DNA from: Eledone cirrhosa
Taxonomy: Eukaryota
NCBI GenBank assembly: GCA_964016885.1
Contig: OZ024742.1
Span: 170,066,001-170,130,000, forward strand
Reading direction: 5' to 3'
DNA: 64,000 nt
Below the pieces are notes generated by a model. The model ran no database searches. It was not told the origin of the DNA and saw only the letters and a program-made list of their open reading frames with translations. Shown in pieces: positions 37,900 to 50,801 of this stretch. The first letter of the stretch is position 1. Each line of letters opens with the position of its first letter. A program made the translations under genes and the position numbers.

Positions 37900-38553
37900 A
37901 AAGTAATCATCATTTAATGGCCATTTTCAATGCTTGCATGGGTTACACAGGTTGTCACATGAGACAAGTCAGGTCTGGAGACCACATCATTATATATATA
38001 TATATATATAATGATGTGGTCTCCAGACCTTTTCTATTTCATTTCTATTTCTCTATTTTCATTTATATATATATAGCTACATTTACAATCTCTTTATACA
38101 TACACACACATACAACTGACGTACAAACACTTATAATTATCTACGTGTCAACTACCTATTCTCATTGTATTTACATTTCAATTTTTGAAATATTTCTTAG
38201 TTATTTATATACGCATTTATAATTACATATGTACATACACACACATATACACCACTCTCTCTCCCCATTATTATTATCATTTTATGCCTGTTTTCCATGC
38301 TATCATGGGTATATGTGTGTGTGTTTGAATATATACATTGTTTTTATTATTATTATTATTGATTCCATTTATTTTAAATATATATTAATACTTTACTCAC
38401 TAGGGTATATTAGTTTCTAATTCACGAATTAGATCTTTCTTTCCAAACTGTATGGAGTTCTCTTATTCCTAGTACACAAACCATATTCATTCATTTTTGT
38501 ACATATGTGGACATATCATGACCAAATTTACCTAGTACACAAACAATATTCAT

Positions 38554-38642
<89 letters not shown>

Positions 38643-38645
<3 letters not shown>

Positions 38646-38978
38646 AGGCACATGGCTTAGTGGTTAGAGCATTGGCCTTGCAATCGAAAGGTTGTGAGTT
38701 CAATTCCCAGACCGGGTGATGTGTTGTTTCCTTGAGCAAGACACTTTATTTCACATTGCTCCAGTTTACTCAGCTGTAGAAATGAGATGATAGGGACTGG
38801 GGTCCATATCATTCCACTGTAAAGTGGCCGTGGAGGTGCCACAGCAAAAAAGCACCCAGCACTCACTGTAAATGAGGTTGGTGTTAGGAAGGGCATCCAG
38901 CTGTAGAAATCAAGCCAGAATCAATTTCCGTCCCACCCTTGCAAGCAGGGAAAAAGCGGACGTAAAATGAAATGATGA

Positions 38979-38980
<2 letters not shown>
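38643..38980 (+). mobile_element. CORE-like SINE with RTE-type tail (young), within (TA)n
   Basis: A-box TGGCTTAGTGG, B-box GAGTTCAATTCCC, CORE-like CCTTGAGCAAGACACTTTATTTCACATTGCTCCAGTTTACTCAGCTGTAGAAATGAG, tail GGAAGGGCATCCAGCTGTAGAAA...GGACGT...(GAT)n shared with the RTE 3' end at 57720-57884. Confidence 0.9.
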
Positions 38981-39035
<55 letters not shown>

Positions 39036-39810
39036 CACATGTCAAGTGGACACAGCATGGTCAAATAGTTAAGGAGTTCAGTTCACAATCATTGGGTTCC
39101 AAGTTCGAGCCCACTGCATGACATTTCTGGTTAATCCACATTTTGTGAGCGAAATTTGGTAGATGGAAACTGTTTGGAATGCTGACAGATGAAATACATT
39201 TTGTAATTCAAAGGGCCAGCCTTTTCATTCACTGTATCATGCTGAATCTCCATGTTAAGAGTATGCATGTCAGTGGAATGCTCAGCTACTTGCACATTAA
39301 TTTCAGGAGTAGGCTGTTCTGTTGATCAATCAACTGCAACATTAATCATTGAAAACAATGATTATCCATTCCATATATGTAGCATCATCCATTCCATATA
39401 TGTTCCATCATCCATCATAATCGTTTTTTCATCCATATTTCCATACATATATAGTTTGGATGAATCTTCTCAAGTATGGCATTTCTCCTCTTATCTTTGA
39501 ATATTTTCAGTTTTATCAATAGTGAGCAAATGTTATTATTGATTTCAGTGATTCACTCTCCCTGTTGCCTGAGATAACTGCCATCTGAAAATAATAGAGC
39601 GAGGACATATTGTTTTGAATTAGAAATACCACAAGAAAATGTAAAATTGTCTTGTAAGATTGTCCACTTGAGTGAAATCATAAAATGTTACAATGATCAT
39701 TGAAATAAGTTGTGCAGAAACTATTATACAAAGATTTCTAAAGTAGAACAGAGATGTCTAAACCATGTTGAAATGAAGACATAGTTGTGGTAATATTTTC
39801 TTGAGTTAAA

Positions 39811-40140
39811 GTGGTGATTTGGCAGAATTGGTAGAGCTTTGGATAAAATGCCATTGCAGTATTTGTTTTGGCTCTTTATCCAAATTGCATTGAGGTCAAC
39901 TTTACCTTTCATTCTTCCAGGATTGATGAAAAATAGTACCACTCCAGTACTGGGATCAATTCTTCCTCTATATCTCTTCTGACTTTCTCTCACTCTCACT
40001 CTCTCTCTCCTTCTCTAGAAGAAATCAACTATATTCAGATGTGGAGAGAAGATGGGCTCTGTCAGGTTTAAAATGCCAATGAAATGCTGTAAGTTAATAT
40101 GGCATCACTACACCTCCACCAGGAGTTAGGGGTCCATACA
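39811..40140 (+). mobile_element. SINE family B
   Basis: Head, core, CT linker and tail ending GGGTCCATAC. Confidence 0.75.
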
Positions 40141-40945
40141 GAATAAAATAATTAATAAAATGTATCAATCAAGTTATGGGGTTGATTTAATCAACTTTGC
40201 CCTTCTCTCAAATTTGCTATGCCTGTGCCTAAATTACTGAGCCAGTTTTTGATTATGCAGGACATAATTAATCCCTAAATAGGGGTGGGGCCTGCCTGAC
40301 AGTGCTTCTTAGCATCCTGCTCCATATGTTTCTGTCCACTGGTCTCACTTAGGCCAGGCCAAGCCTAGCTTGATCTCGATGGACATCCTCCATCCAAGTC
40401 CTTTATTAGAAATCAATATATATTTCCTTGGGCTTGTCAACATTCTCTCAATTTATAGATCTGTTAACTTGTTATCACAAAATGAGTTGATCTTTAATTG
40501 TGATACATTAAAGCTATTTGAGAAGAGATATCCAAAATTATAATGTCAAATGACCCTGTATGGATTTCAAATGTGTTACAATGAATTTTGAAAATAAGTA
40601 AGAATTTGGAAGAATTTAGTAAGATAACTGAACTTTTCATTAAGATGGCATTAATGTCATGTGCTACATGAAAACATTCTTGGGAAATACAAAACAGCAC
40701 TATGACTGCATCACATTGAAAATTAAAGGCCTTATGTTTGTGCACTGTAAAATTTCACTATGATATGTTCACTAGTAAATATACTATGAACATTTGAATT
40801 ATCAAACCACATTAGCATTTACACTTCAAATTTCCACAACAATCTGTCCACTAGTAAAGATATTATAAATATTTGAATTAACAAACCACATGAAACCACA
40901 AACAGTAAAAACATAAAATCATGTTTGAATAAATGCTAAAGTATA

Positions 40946-42222
40946 TGAGGGGGGATCAAAAAGTTTGCGGAATTTTTCAGAAAATAGTCTATTTTTCAAA
41001 AAATATGATTTACCTTCAATTTATTTTTCTACATAGTTGCCATCCAGGTCAATACACTTCACAAGGCAATGCTTCCAGCTTCGCAAACCGTCTCTAAAGA
41101 AAGTTGAAGGCCTTGTTCGAAGCCATGTGTTGGCAGTGTTTTTAGCTTCTTCAACACCACTAAAACGGGTTCCTATTAGCATTTCTTTGAGTTTTGGAAA
41201 GAGGAAAAAGTGTGATGGGGCTAAATCTGGACTATAAGGCAGGTGAGGAAGTACTTCCCATCGAAATTCTCGAAGAATTTCTTTTGCAACAAGATCCCAC
41301 CATGAAGTTTCCCTTTTCGTTTTTTGACTAATGCCTCTTTCAGCTTCCTTAAAACATTTGCATAGTAAGCTCCTGTCACAGTTCTTTGACCTTCAAGATA
41401 ATCTATTAGTATCACCCCATCTGAATCCCAGAAAATGGTGGCCATCACTTTTTGATCCGACTTTTGAGATTTGAACTTGATTGACCTCGATGATTCATGT
41501 GGAAGTCACTGTTTTGACTGTTGTTTGGATTCAGGATCATACTGGTAGATCCAGGTTTCATCTCCGGTGATGATTTTGGTCAGGAAATGCTCTTCATCAA
41601 CTTCAATTTTGTTTAATATTGCCAAAGACAGATCACTTCGAAGAATCAGCTGATCAGGGCACAACGCTTTTGGGACCCATCGTGCTGAAAGCTTGCTTAG
41701 TCCCAAATTATCGTGCAGAATTGAATTTGCCGAACCATATGAAATGTCTAAGGACTTAGCTAACTGATTAACTGTTATTCTTCGATCTTCTTCAATTAAA
41801 GTCTGAGCAGCCTCAACGTTTTGGTCATTTTTTGATGTTCCTGGTCTTCCACTGCGATGGTCGTCTTCAAGGTCGTTTTTCCCTTGTTTGAATCGCTGAA
41901 TCCACTTGTAGACAGCAGTTTTCTTTGGAGCAGTAGTACCGTAAACTTTAACTAAAGCCTCCATAATCTGTTTCCCTTTCCATTTGAGTTTCACCAGAAA
42001 CTTGATATTCGATCTTATCTCAAAATAACTATTTTCCATTGTTCCAAAAAGAGGTTTTTTAAAGAGTGTCAATAGTGTAGAATAGTCCGTGCATAACTGA
42101 CTGCAAGTGACTAATAGCAAGGTAAACACCCAGTGACAATGTTCTGACATGTTTAATATTGTTTTAACCTGATTTATTTTCTTGCTACGATAAAATTCCG
42201 CAAACTTTTTGATCCCTCCTCG
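40946..42222 (-). mobile_element. Full-length but defective mariner transposon (Hsmar2-like, irritans subfamily)
   Basis: TA on both sides; TIRs TGAGGGGGGATCAAAAAGTTTGCGGAATTTT / AAAATTCCGCAAACTTTTTGATCCCTCCTCG; 1277 bp. Confidence 0.95.
41021..42039 (-). pseudogene. Mariner (DD34D-type) transposase pseudogene
   Basis: MENSYFEIRSNIKF, RSGRP, WVPKAL, TGDETW; stop at 41506-41508 (expected W), frameshifting deletion of the HDNA motif near 41285, YSPDLAPSH (D to H), ends DGNYVEK*. Confidence 0.92.
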
Positions 42223-42865
42223 TACAGCATAAAGTAATGTAGGGAATACCTATTAGTAGTTTATGGGGGGGGGGGGGGTAATTTGACATTCATTGTTTTC
42301 CGACTTAAATGTTGATTTTTAGAAACAACTAACGGTATAGGGTGAGGTACGCTTGTATAGGTGATTTCAAACGGGTTGATATCAGAAGAGTTAAATTGAT
42401 CACAAGTCACCCTGGGGGTTTATTCATTTTATAATGATATTTCTAACAAAATGTGTTTCCAGTTATTTTGAAATTATTATTTTAAATAATCAAACAATAA
42501 TAATAAAAAAATAAATAAATAAAACTAAAGAATCAAATAATTAGAAATTATTTTGTAATCAAGAATTTGGAGGCATTTAATAAAATAATTAACTTTTTCA
42601 TTGTTTGGAAGAAAACTCAACAAGAAAATGATTGAGAAATTAAATTTATGTAAGACATTTTAGAATATTTATATCAAAGAACCAGATGTGGTCTCGGATG
42701 GATTGCGGTGAAAGGTTTAATGGTGATAATTAGTTAAGCATGTACGTTATCTGTCAGTTAACATGTACTATTTATTACCACAAATTCTACCAATAGATAA
42801 AACTCAGTTTATTTTGTAAGTTTTGGTGGACAACATAACCATGAAATGAAATTTACAACTGACTC

Positions 42866-43075
42866 CTATGTAGGTTCAGCTGGCCTCTTAAGAGGTTCCT
42901 CAGATGTTTTAATGATTGGGGCTCCAGTTCTATCATACTGTTGCAACTTGCACCTATGTAGGTTTAGCTGGCCTCATAAGAAGTTCCTTGAGTGTTTTAA
43001 TGATAAAAGTTCCAGTCATATCATATTGTTTTTGTTGTTAAAGCTCATATCTATGTAGGTTTAGCTGGCCTCCGA
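42866..43075. repeat. Diverged 88-97 bp tandem repeat, about 2.3 copies
   Basis: CTATGTAGGTT(C/T)AGCTGGCCTC at 42866, 42954, 43051. Confidence 0.75.
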
Positions 43076-43149
43076 CAAGACCATGTCATCTTCACACATT
43101 CCATTTTAGGCTTGGTTTCTATTTCTGGATGGCCTTCTTAATGCCAACC

Positions 43150-43500
43150 ACTTTACAGCATGTACTGGGAGTATTCCATCATGACTATGGCACCACTACT
43201 TTACAATGTAGATTGGGTGCTTTTTGTTGTGGCACCAGAACTATCACCTTACAGTGCACATTGGGTGCTTTTTGTTGTGGTACCATCACTACTACCTTAC
43301 AGTGCAGATTGGGTGCTTTTTGTTGTGGCACCAGCACTACCATCTTACAGTACAGATTGGGTGTTTTTTGTTGTGGCACCAGAACTACTACCTTACAGTG
43401 CAGATTGGGTGCTTTTTGTTGTGGCACCAGCACTACCACCTTACAGTGCAGATTGGGTGCTTTTTGTTGTGGCACCAGCACTACCACCTTATATTGTGGG
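43150..43500. repeat. 48-bp minisatellite (about 7 units) expanded inside a reverse-strand RTE/SINE tail
   Basis: TTACA at 43201, 43249, 43297, 43345, 43393, 43441; preceded by CTGGATGGCCTTCTTAATGCCAACCACTTTAC, the reverse of the RTE-type tail. Confidence 0.9.
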
Positions 43501-43649
43501 CTAATTAGTATATTTATGTGTAGGAAGATTTTGATGTTGAATTTGGAGTAAAAAAAAGAATATCTTAGATACACAAATATACAGAATATTAAAAGATCAT
43601 AAACACAATAAATTACTAGTAAATGTAACTAGAGTTTTTATGAGAGAGA

Positions 43650-43694
<45 letters not shown>

Positions 43695-44793
43695 TAAGAA
43701 AAAAAAACATTAAGGAAACACTTCTTAAACAGTTGACATAGAAAAACAATTCCCCAAAACAGTGATTAAAGGTTATCACTTACTCAGGTTTCTATTGATG
43801 TCTTAGCTATCGGAAATGGCATACTTAATTACTAATTAAGATGTCATTATTAATTAGATGATGCAGGAGAAGAATGTGGGGGAGATGGCCTACTGTTGCA
43901 GTTGATGAGCCTTCTGATGGACAGTTGGGGATTGATTCTAATACTAGTGGTTTACCTCTCTGGTAAATTTCTTGCAGTAAACACCAAGGAAGGCCTCATC
44001 AGAGCTTTAATCATCATCATCAGCCATCATCTGATTGCTTTTCATGTTCGCCTGGGTTGGATGGTTTATATGGTTCAAGTCTTTACATGTTGGGGAAACC
44101 ACTTCTTGCCCATATGTTCTACTTTTGGCATGATTTCTACAGCTGCATGTTTCCTTCTTAACACAAGACACTTTACAGTGTGTTCTGGGTGCATTTTATA
44201 TTGGCAACAGCACTACCACTCTACAGAGTGTACTGAGTACAAAATAAAGTACCAGTAATGCACTGGGGTCGATTTGACTTTCCCCCTCTCCTAAAATTAT
44301 TTATAGTATCTTCCCTATTGGATAAATCATTGTTGTTTTGTACTTTTTGAGAATGCTTTGCTAATATGGTTTCATATGTATGCCTAAATATGTAATATAT
44401 CACTGGAAATTGAACTCTTCTTATAATCATAAGCCAAACACTCTAACCACTAAGCCACACGGCCTCACTATTTTATTAAATCAAGAAAAGTAAGTAAGTG
44501 AAAGGGCTGAAGTAATTTAAGCCATTTATTACCAACACATCTGAAACCCCTCTGGTTTTATCATTACAGAACTGCCTCTTTTAAAATGTTAATATATTAA
44601 AAACTCCAAGCATAATTTTATATTAGAATTTTTTTAAATGTAATGTTTCAAACACCAGCTTTCTAATGAAAGGTTAGTTATTTCATTAAATTCTTTAAAT
44701 ATTCAAAATTAATCGATACACATAGGCAGTGTACTTCATTAGAAATACAGTAACAGAAGGGTTAATATTGAAAACATTATTATTGTGTAAAGT

Positions 44794-45193
44794 GGGGTGA
44801 ATTGGCAGTATCGGTAGAGAGTCGGACGCCGTGCTTTCCAGCATAGTTACGTCCCTTTACGGTCTGAGTTCAAATCCCACCGAGGTTAACTTTGCCTTTC
44901 ATCCTTACAGGGTCGATAAAATAAAGTACCAGTAATGTACTGGGTAATTGCTGGCCTTGTGCCAAAAGTAGAAACAATTATTGTGTAAAGTAGGGCAGTG
45001 GATTAGCAGCATCGGTAGAGCGTCAGACACCATGGCCCTTTACATTCTGAGTTCAAATCTCGCCAAAGCTAGCTTTGCCTTTTATCCTTACGGTGGTTGA
45101 TAAAATACAGCACCAGTAATGCACTGGGACTGATTTAATCGACTTTCCCCATCCCCCAAATTGCTGGCCTTGTGCCTATAGTAGAAATCATTA
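44794..45193 (+). mobile_element. Two tandem family A SINEs; first has 15-bp TSD
   Basis: TSD ATTATTGTGTAAAGT at 44779-44793 and 44977-44991. Confidence 0.88.
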
Positions 45194-47184
45194 TTGGTGA
45201 GAGTGGTGCATTGGCAGAGGTGTTCATGTCCGACAAATACTTTTGCTGTAGTTGTTCCAACTCTTTATGTTCTAAGTTCAACTTTGCCTTTTGTCCTTTC
45301 AGGGGTCGATAAAATACTGCGGTTGATACAATCGACTTCACCTCCCAAAATTACTGGTCTTGTGCCTATATTCAAAGCCGTTATAGTGTAAAATAATTTC
45401 TCCAGTTTGTACTTCATGACACTAGTGTTTTAAATGTCTGAATCTCCATTGAGGCCTGTCAATGCCAACTGTTAGCAAACTTCTTGGCAAACTGGTTTAT
45501 TATGCTAAGCCTTTAATGGCTGTTTGGGGAATTTTGACAGTTAATTTCTTAAAGCAACTGTTATTGAAGTGGAACAGGAACAAGCAGCAACTTGAATATC
45601 TAATCTTAAGAACTCTGGCCATTACTGTAGAAAAAATAAGTAAAAATGATACCCCCTCCCCAACAATAATGCATGCATACATGCACACACACACATATGT
45701 ATGTATATGTGTGTGTATGTACTGTATGTACGTATGTATAAATGTATGTATGAATGTATGTGTGTAGGTATGTATTTAAATGAAGTAAACTAACAGGAAA
45801 CTTCAAAGGAAGTGGAAGTGTTTAGTTTACAATCAAGTTTCTTGTTTATAATGAATATGTCAATGGTAATAAATTACACAAAATAATAAGAAATAACAAG
45901 AAAAATGAAGTTGCTAATATCTTTTTTAGTGTTAGGGAGCTTTTATTTAAGATCATCAAATGTGTATGTAGATTAAGATAGTTTACATAGGTTTTTTTTT
46001 TTTTTTTAGTTCTTTGGTTTGTTATAGCATTCATGACTAAGGCCATGTTAGAGTACCACCTTCATATAAATCATATAAATGATTTCTTGAAAAGCCACAA
46101 CACAGAAGCTAGAGAAAGGTTGTTTAATTTTGTATTTTGATATCATTATCCATATTTTACATCCTCTTTCCATGCTGGGTTTGAATGACTGATCCTTCTC
46201 AATACATTCCATATTTGGCATGGTTTCTATGAATAGATGTCCTTTATAACACCAACCAAACTATGTGGTATCTAGTCTGTCACCATATTTACCTTTAGTG
46301 TCACAGCTCTTGTATTGGTGGACATGTCATTTGTAAATACTATTTTTTATGATAGTTTGTTTTTAACCCTTTCCTTGCCATATTTCTAATAAAATACACT
46401 GTATTTTAGAGATTTACTGAAATTATTTTGATTATTAAGATGGTATTTGTAACATAAAAAAAAGTACACTCTGTTGCAAGTATTTGAACCAGGTATTCAG
46501 TGTGAGGGTAACTGCCTTACACTAGTTAGGGGGACTCTGAAAAGGGTTATGTGTGCTACTCTTCTCCTCTGACTGAGCCTCTAAAATCCTCTTTGTATTA
46601 TAGTGTGAGTGGCTTATGATGCTATGTGACATAACAGAGTTTCTGTCTTACTGAGTGGTTCATTCATTGAACTTTTACTTGGATTCTGTCAATCCAGTTT
46701 CACTCACAAAGCTTAGGTTGATCTGAGATTATAGAAGAGACTTGCTTAACTTGCTGGCCATGCAGTGGGGTTGAACTCAGGATCACATGATTGTGAATCA
46801 AACCTCTTAGCCACTTCGCTACTAGCATTCCCAAATATTATATATTTATTTATAAACAGGATGTAATCATTTTTTTTTTTGTACTGCTTTTTCTATATCT
46901 TTTTTTAACCTTTTAAATTTTGAAAATAATCAAGAATTTGGAGGGATTCAGAACTATAAATGGCTTTCTCATTATTAAGTTAATGTTTGAGACAACTAAA
47001 CAAGAGTTTTTATATATATTATGATGGCAGATTGTAGATAAATATAAAATACTTTAAAACAAACAGTTTTGTAACATATAACCAGGGACAGTTTCAAGTG
47101 GTTAAGGCTAACATGGAGGGATGGTTTTTATTGGTCTTTTATATTTACAGATGTATACTTTTCCAACTGATAAGCAATTCTATG

Positions 47185-47760
47185 TTGCCTTGACTAGGCT
47201 GTGAATCCAATGTTCTGATGGGTGCAAAGATAATGAGGATTGGATAACAGTTGGGTTTGTAGGTGAGAAAAGTTTAAGGGTGTTGGGAATGTCAGTGTAT
47301 CAGTCAAAGAGATATGAGAAGATGCCGATGGTAGCTAGTGCAAGCTGTTCAAAATGGTAACTGATTGGGGCTTTGTACAAACAGTTTTCTGTGTGTTAGG
47401 AGTTTGAAAGCCAAGAGGAGTTTTATGTATTGAAATCACAGATGGTTAGAGGCATGCGAGTTGTGATATATGTTCTACATATATGACATGAGCTAGTTGG
47501 ATAACTTCTGGTGTAAGTTGAAATCTATGTCTTCAGTACAGGATATGAAGTATTTTTACATAGATGGTGGTATAAGTTGAGGTTTATGTACTTCATATAT
47601 GCCATGAGCTAGTTGGATAACTTCTTGAGAAATGTGGGGAACAGTAGCGACAGCAGATGAAGTTAGAGGAAACGAGAGAGATTCTAAATCAGGACATCTG
47701 GATGTCTGTACTGTTGATGTCCACATGAATAGTGAAGAGAGTAGATTCTATGCGTACATA
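47185..47760 (-). mobile_element. Decayed CR1/Jockey-group LINE endonuclease (APE) fragment
   Basis: Reverse strand remnants FICCRYCSP, ICDFNT*NSSWL, NTLKLF, APIRTLD-HSLV follow APE motif order (YRSP, GDFN.H..W, LDL, SDH). Confidence 0.55.
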
Positions 47761-48351
47761 GATACCACTTATCAGGGCCAAGTATAAAGAGGCTTTCAGC
47801 CATTGAGAACCAAATTAAAAGCAGATCACATGAGCTTGATGTGATCACCTAACCTGTCTGATCTCATAATATGACTGCCCAAGCCATACAAGTATGGATA
47901 ATAGACATTAAATGGTGATGATATTGAGAATCAAGTTTTTGTTATAGACAAATTAGATTAACCATTTCCAGGATGAAACAAATTAACTCTCACATATTAA
48001 GGCAAATGATACATATTATACTCTAATGGTTGGGGTTGTCTGATAAATGTATTTCTGATGGTACATATTCTGCACTGGAGGGGTTAGGGCGGGTGGGGTT
48101 TGTCTAATCATCCTATCTCTTGTGATACATATTCTCCTGCAGTGGGAGGGGTTTGGATGGGTGGGGTTGTCTGATCATCAATAAGTTAACTTTTCAAAAG
48201 TAGGAGTTCTGTTTTTCCATGATAGAAGTATTACTCTCACCCCCTAAATCTACATTAGAATTATTCATTTAAAACTGAAGCTATTTACTTTTTCTATACA
48301 CTGCTGGCTTAAGTGGGTTTCACAATATATACCCAAGGAGAACATACATTA

Positions 48352-48470
48352 AATGATGATGGTGGGGTAATGGTGGTGGTGGTGCTGATGATGGTTGTGG
48401 TGATGGTGGTGATAATGATGGTGATGGTAGTGATGATGATGATGATGGTGATGTTGGCAGTGGTGATGGT
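48352..48470. repeat. (GAT/GGT)n trinucleotide tract
   Basis: Seen directly; explains the Met/Val ORF 48313-48549. Confidence 0.9.
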
Positions 48471-48733
48471 CATGGTTGTGGTGGTGATGATGATGATACT
48501 GGTGGTGGTGGTAATGGTTGTGGTGATAATAGCTTCAACCTTTCACTGAGCCAGCATACCCGACATATTGTTTCCTGCAGGGTAATGGAAAAGGCTTAAA
48601 ACTAATTGTAATGATGGATGCCTATATTTAACACGTAATACCTGATTTGATTGCATGTATTCAAAATACCTCCAGTACCAGGATATTCTGGGTGTTATAA
48701 GTGAATAAGTTATTATTTCAGTAAAGAGTTAAA

Positions 48734-48774
<41 letters not shown>

Positions 48775-49179
48775 TACACACACACACACAACAGTATGTT
48801 GAATAATGTACAGTTATATTTATTTATATTCCACAAAGTTGTTTTTAAATAGACCATAATTCCAACAAAAAACTTCCCATGTTAGTAACATAAACAACTA
48901 CCAGAATTAGAAGTTGTTTTCAGCTCCATGAATAAAACAATAAAGCTCTGTTTGTCACACTGATAAAAGCCAATAATTTAAAAACATAAAACCAAGCAAC
49001 TAGAATTAAACAAGAACATCTAAGTAAACAGTACTTATTATTATTATTGGTATTATTAGTATTATTACATTTTGAGTTCAAATCCTGCCACGGTTAACTT
49101 TGCCTTTCATCTTTCAGGGTCGATAAAATAAAGCACCAGTAATGCTCTGAGATTAATTTAATCTTTCCCATTCCCCAAA

Positions 49180-50215
49180 ATTCGTCTCCTTGACGGAACT
49201 GCAGTTCTGGGTCAAACGAAGACCGAGAGGAAGCGCTTGGAGACTGGAATGTCTTCAGGTGCTCACAGCCCTCGACCAGTCGGGCAATGCGATTGGTGAA
49301 AACTCCACCTCGGCGTTCTATAGAGGATTAGTGGAGGGGAAGAGCGACGACATACTTGGGGAGACTCTGGGCATCGATGAAAATCAACTAGCCAATCTGG
49401 TCAGGAGAACTTTCGGGCCCGGGCCTATGGACAACTTCCAGAAATCCTTGGCCTGGCAGTGCTACCGAAGAGTCTTGCCAGTTCGGGATAAACTTTACAG
49501 GCATGGAAGTGCCATCAGCTGGGCATATCCGAGATGCGTGCAGGGCGACAAAACCGTCCTGCATGCACTTGTCCAGTGTCCGAGATGCGCGCAGGGCGAC
49601 AAAACCGTCCTGCATGCACTTGTCCAGTGTCCGAGCATTGCTGACTTGTGGGTTTATGTCAAACACCTGCTGTCACGTGTAGAACGGATCCGACTATCAG
49701 CTGAGTCCATCGTGAGGATTGCCCTGGCCTCTTCCTTTAGCCGCAGGCAGTTTTTATCTGTCTGGTGGCCATGGCCAAAGAGATAGTGTGGTGGACGCGT
49801 TTGAAAGGGCTGAAGACGAGTACTTACCTCTTCGGTGATGCCCTGATTAACTTTTTCAAATTTCAATTGAAAAGGAAAATCAGGGTAGAGAGGGAAGTAC
49901 TCTCTTCCCAGCATTTTGTTGAAAGATGGGTGAGAGAGGCAAGCAGGCCCGAGTGAATGGGCCTACTCTGAGTATGCGCCTGTAAATTGAAGGTGGAAAA
50001 CTGGGAGAGGGCGCTTGCCCTGGTGGTCAGGGTCACCGTGGCTTTTTTAATGGGCTTTTTCCACGAATGTCTACCCCCTATTGGGGAATTTTTCATTGTT
50101 TCTTTTTTGTTACATCCTCTGTTTTTTTTTTGTTTTTTTTACATGCAGAAATGCCTATTTGTACCGTCCCGTATTATCCTGTATTGTCCTTAATGTCTTG
50201 CTTTCTTTATTAACC
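49180..50215 (+). mobile_element. 3' part of L1/Tx1-type LINE (zf-RVT zinc knuckle, T-rich 3' UTR)
   Basis: LAWQCYRRVLPVRDKL...PRC.QGDKTVLHALVQC...LW...MAKEIVWWTR; frameshift near 49745; stop at 49983-49985. Confidence 0.85.
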
Positions 50216-50532
50216 ACAAGGGTTTACACAAAGTATTATTGCTGTTGTTGTTGTTATTATTATTATTATTTCTGGTAATATTATCACATCATGAATTTCA
50301 TTAGAATTTCTTATCAGAAGAGAAAATAAACAAAATATATATTTTACAAAATGTTGTGAAGTAGAATATCTACAAAATTAGAAATTCAGGCTCCAGAATC
50401 TGTTTTTAAGAGCTCAAAACAGATAACTCTTTAGGCAGATAAGTAACTCTGTTTATTTCAGTTAGATTGGCTGACAAAACAGTTTCATTCTTCAAAGTCT
50501 ACCTCAAATCCACAAAAATACGACTGTATTAA

Positions 50533-50719
50533 CCCTTAAGCATTTAAACCGGCCATATCCAGCCAGAATTCTCTCACCTCTTTCTGTTCAAACCGGCCCC
50601 AACCAGCCCTTCATACCAACGTTAAGGTATTGTTCTCAAAATAAATATAAAAATCTCATAGATTTGATATTACTGTGAAAATATAACAGTAAATATAAAG
50701 TAATGAAAATTCTAAAGAG
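50533..50719 (+). mobile_element. P1 MITE
   Basis: TTAA 50529-50532 and 50720-50723. Confidence 0.85.
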
Positions 50720-50746
50720 TTAAATTATTTCTTCTTATTTTTCCAG

Positions 50747-50801
50747 ATATTTGGATTTACATACACACTGGATTACCTGGTTTCAAAAGCATTTAGATTT
50801 G
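50747..50801 (+). other. Candidate 55-bp internal exon
   Basis: Polypyrimidine acceptor TTTCTTCTTATTTTTCCAG| and consensus donor G|GTAAGT; two frames open (IFGFTYTLDYLVSKAFRF; YLDLHTHWITWFQKHLDL). Confidence 0.4.

Noticed and set aside
38643-38715. tRNA gene (TGC-containing loop)
   Set aside because: A/B boxes present but no acceptor-stem pairing and it runs into a SINE body; SINE head.
43129-43574. Cys-rich repeat protein (TTTLQCRLGAFCCGTS)n
   Set aside because: Translation of a 48-bp minisatellite derived from a retroposon tail; open in several frames.
45400-45640. Possible conserved enhancer (unique sequence with TAAT/TGACA motifs); similar patch at 18190-18300
   Set aside because: Short motifs are expected by chance; cannot be supported without cross-species alignment.
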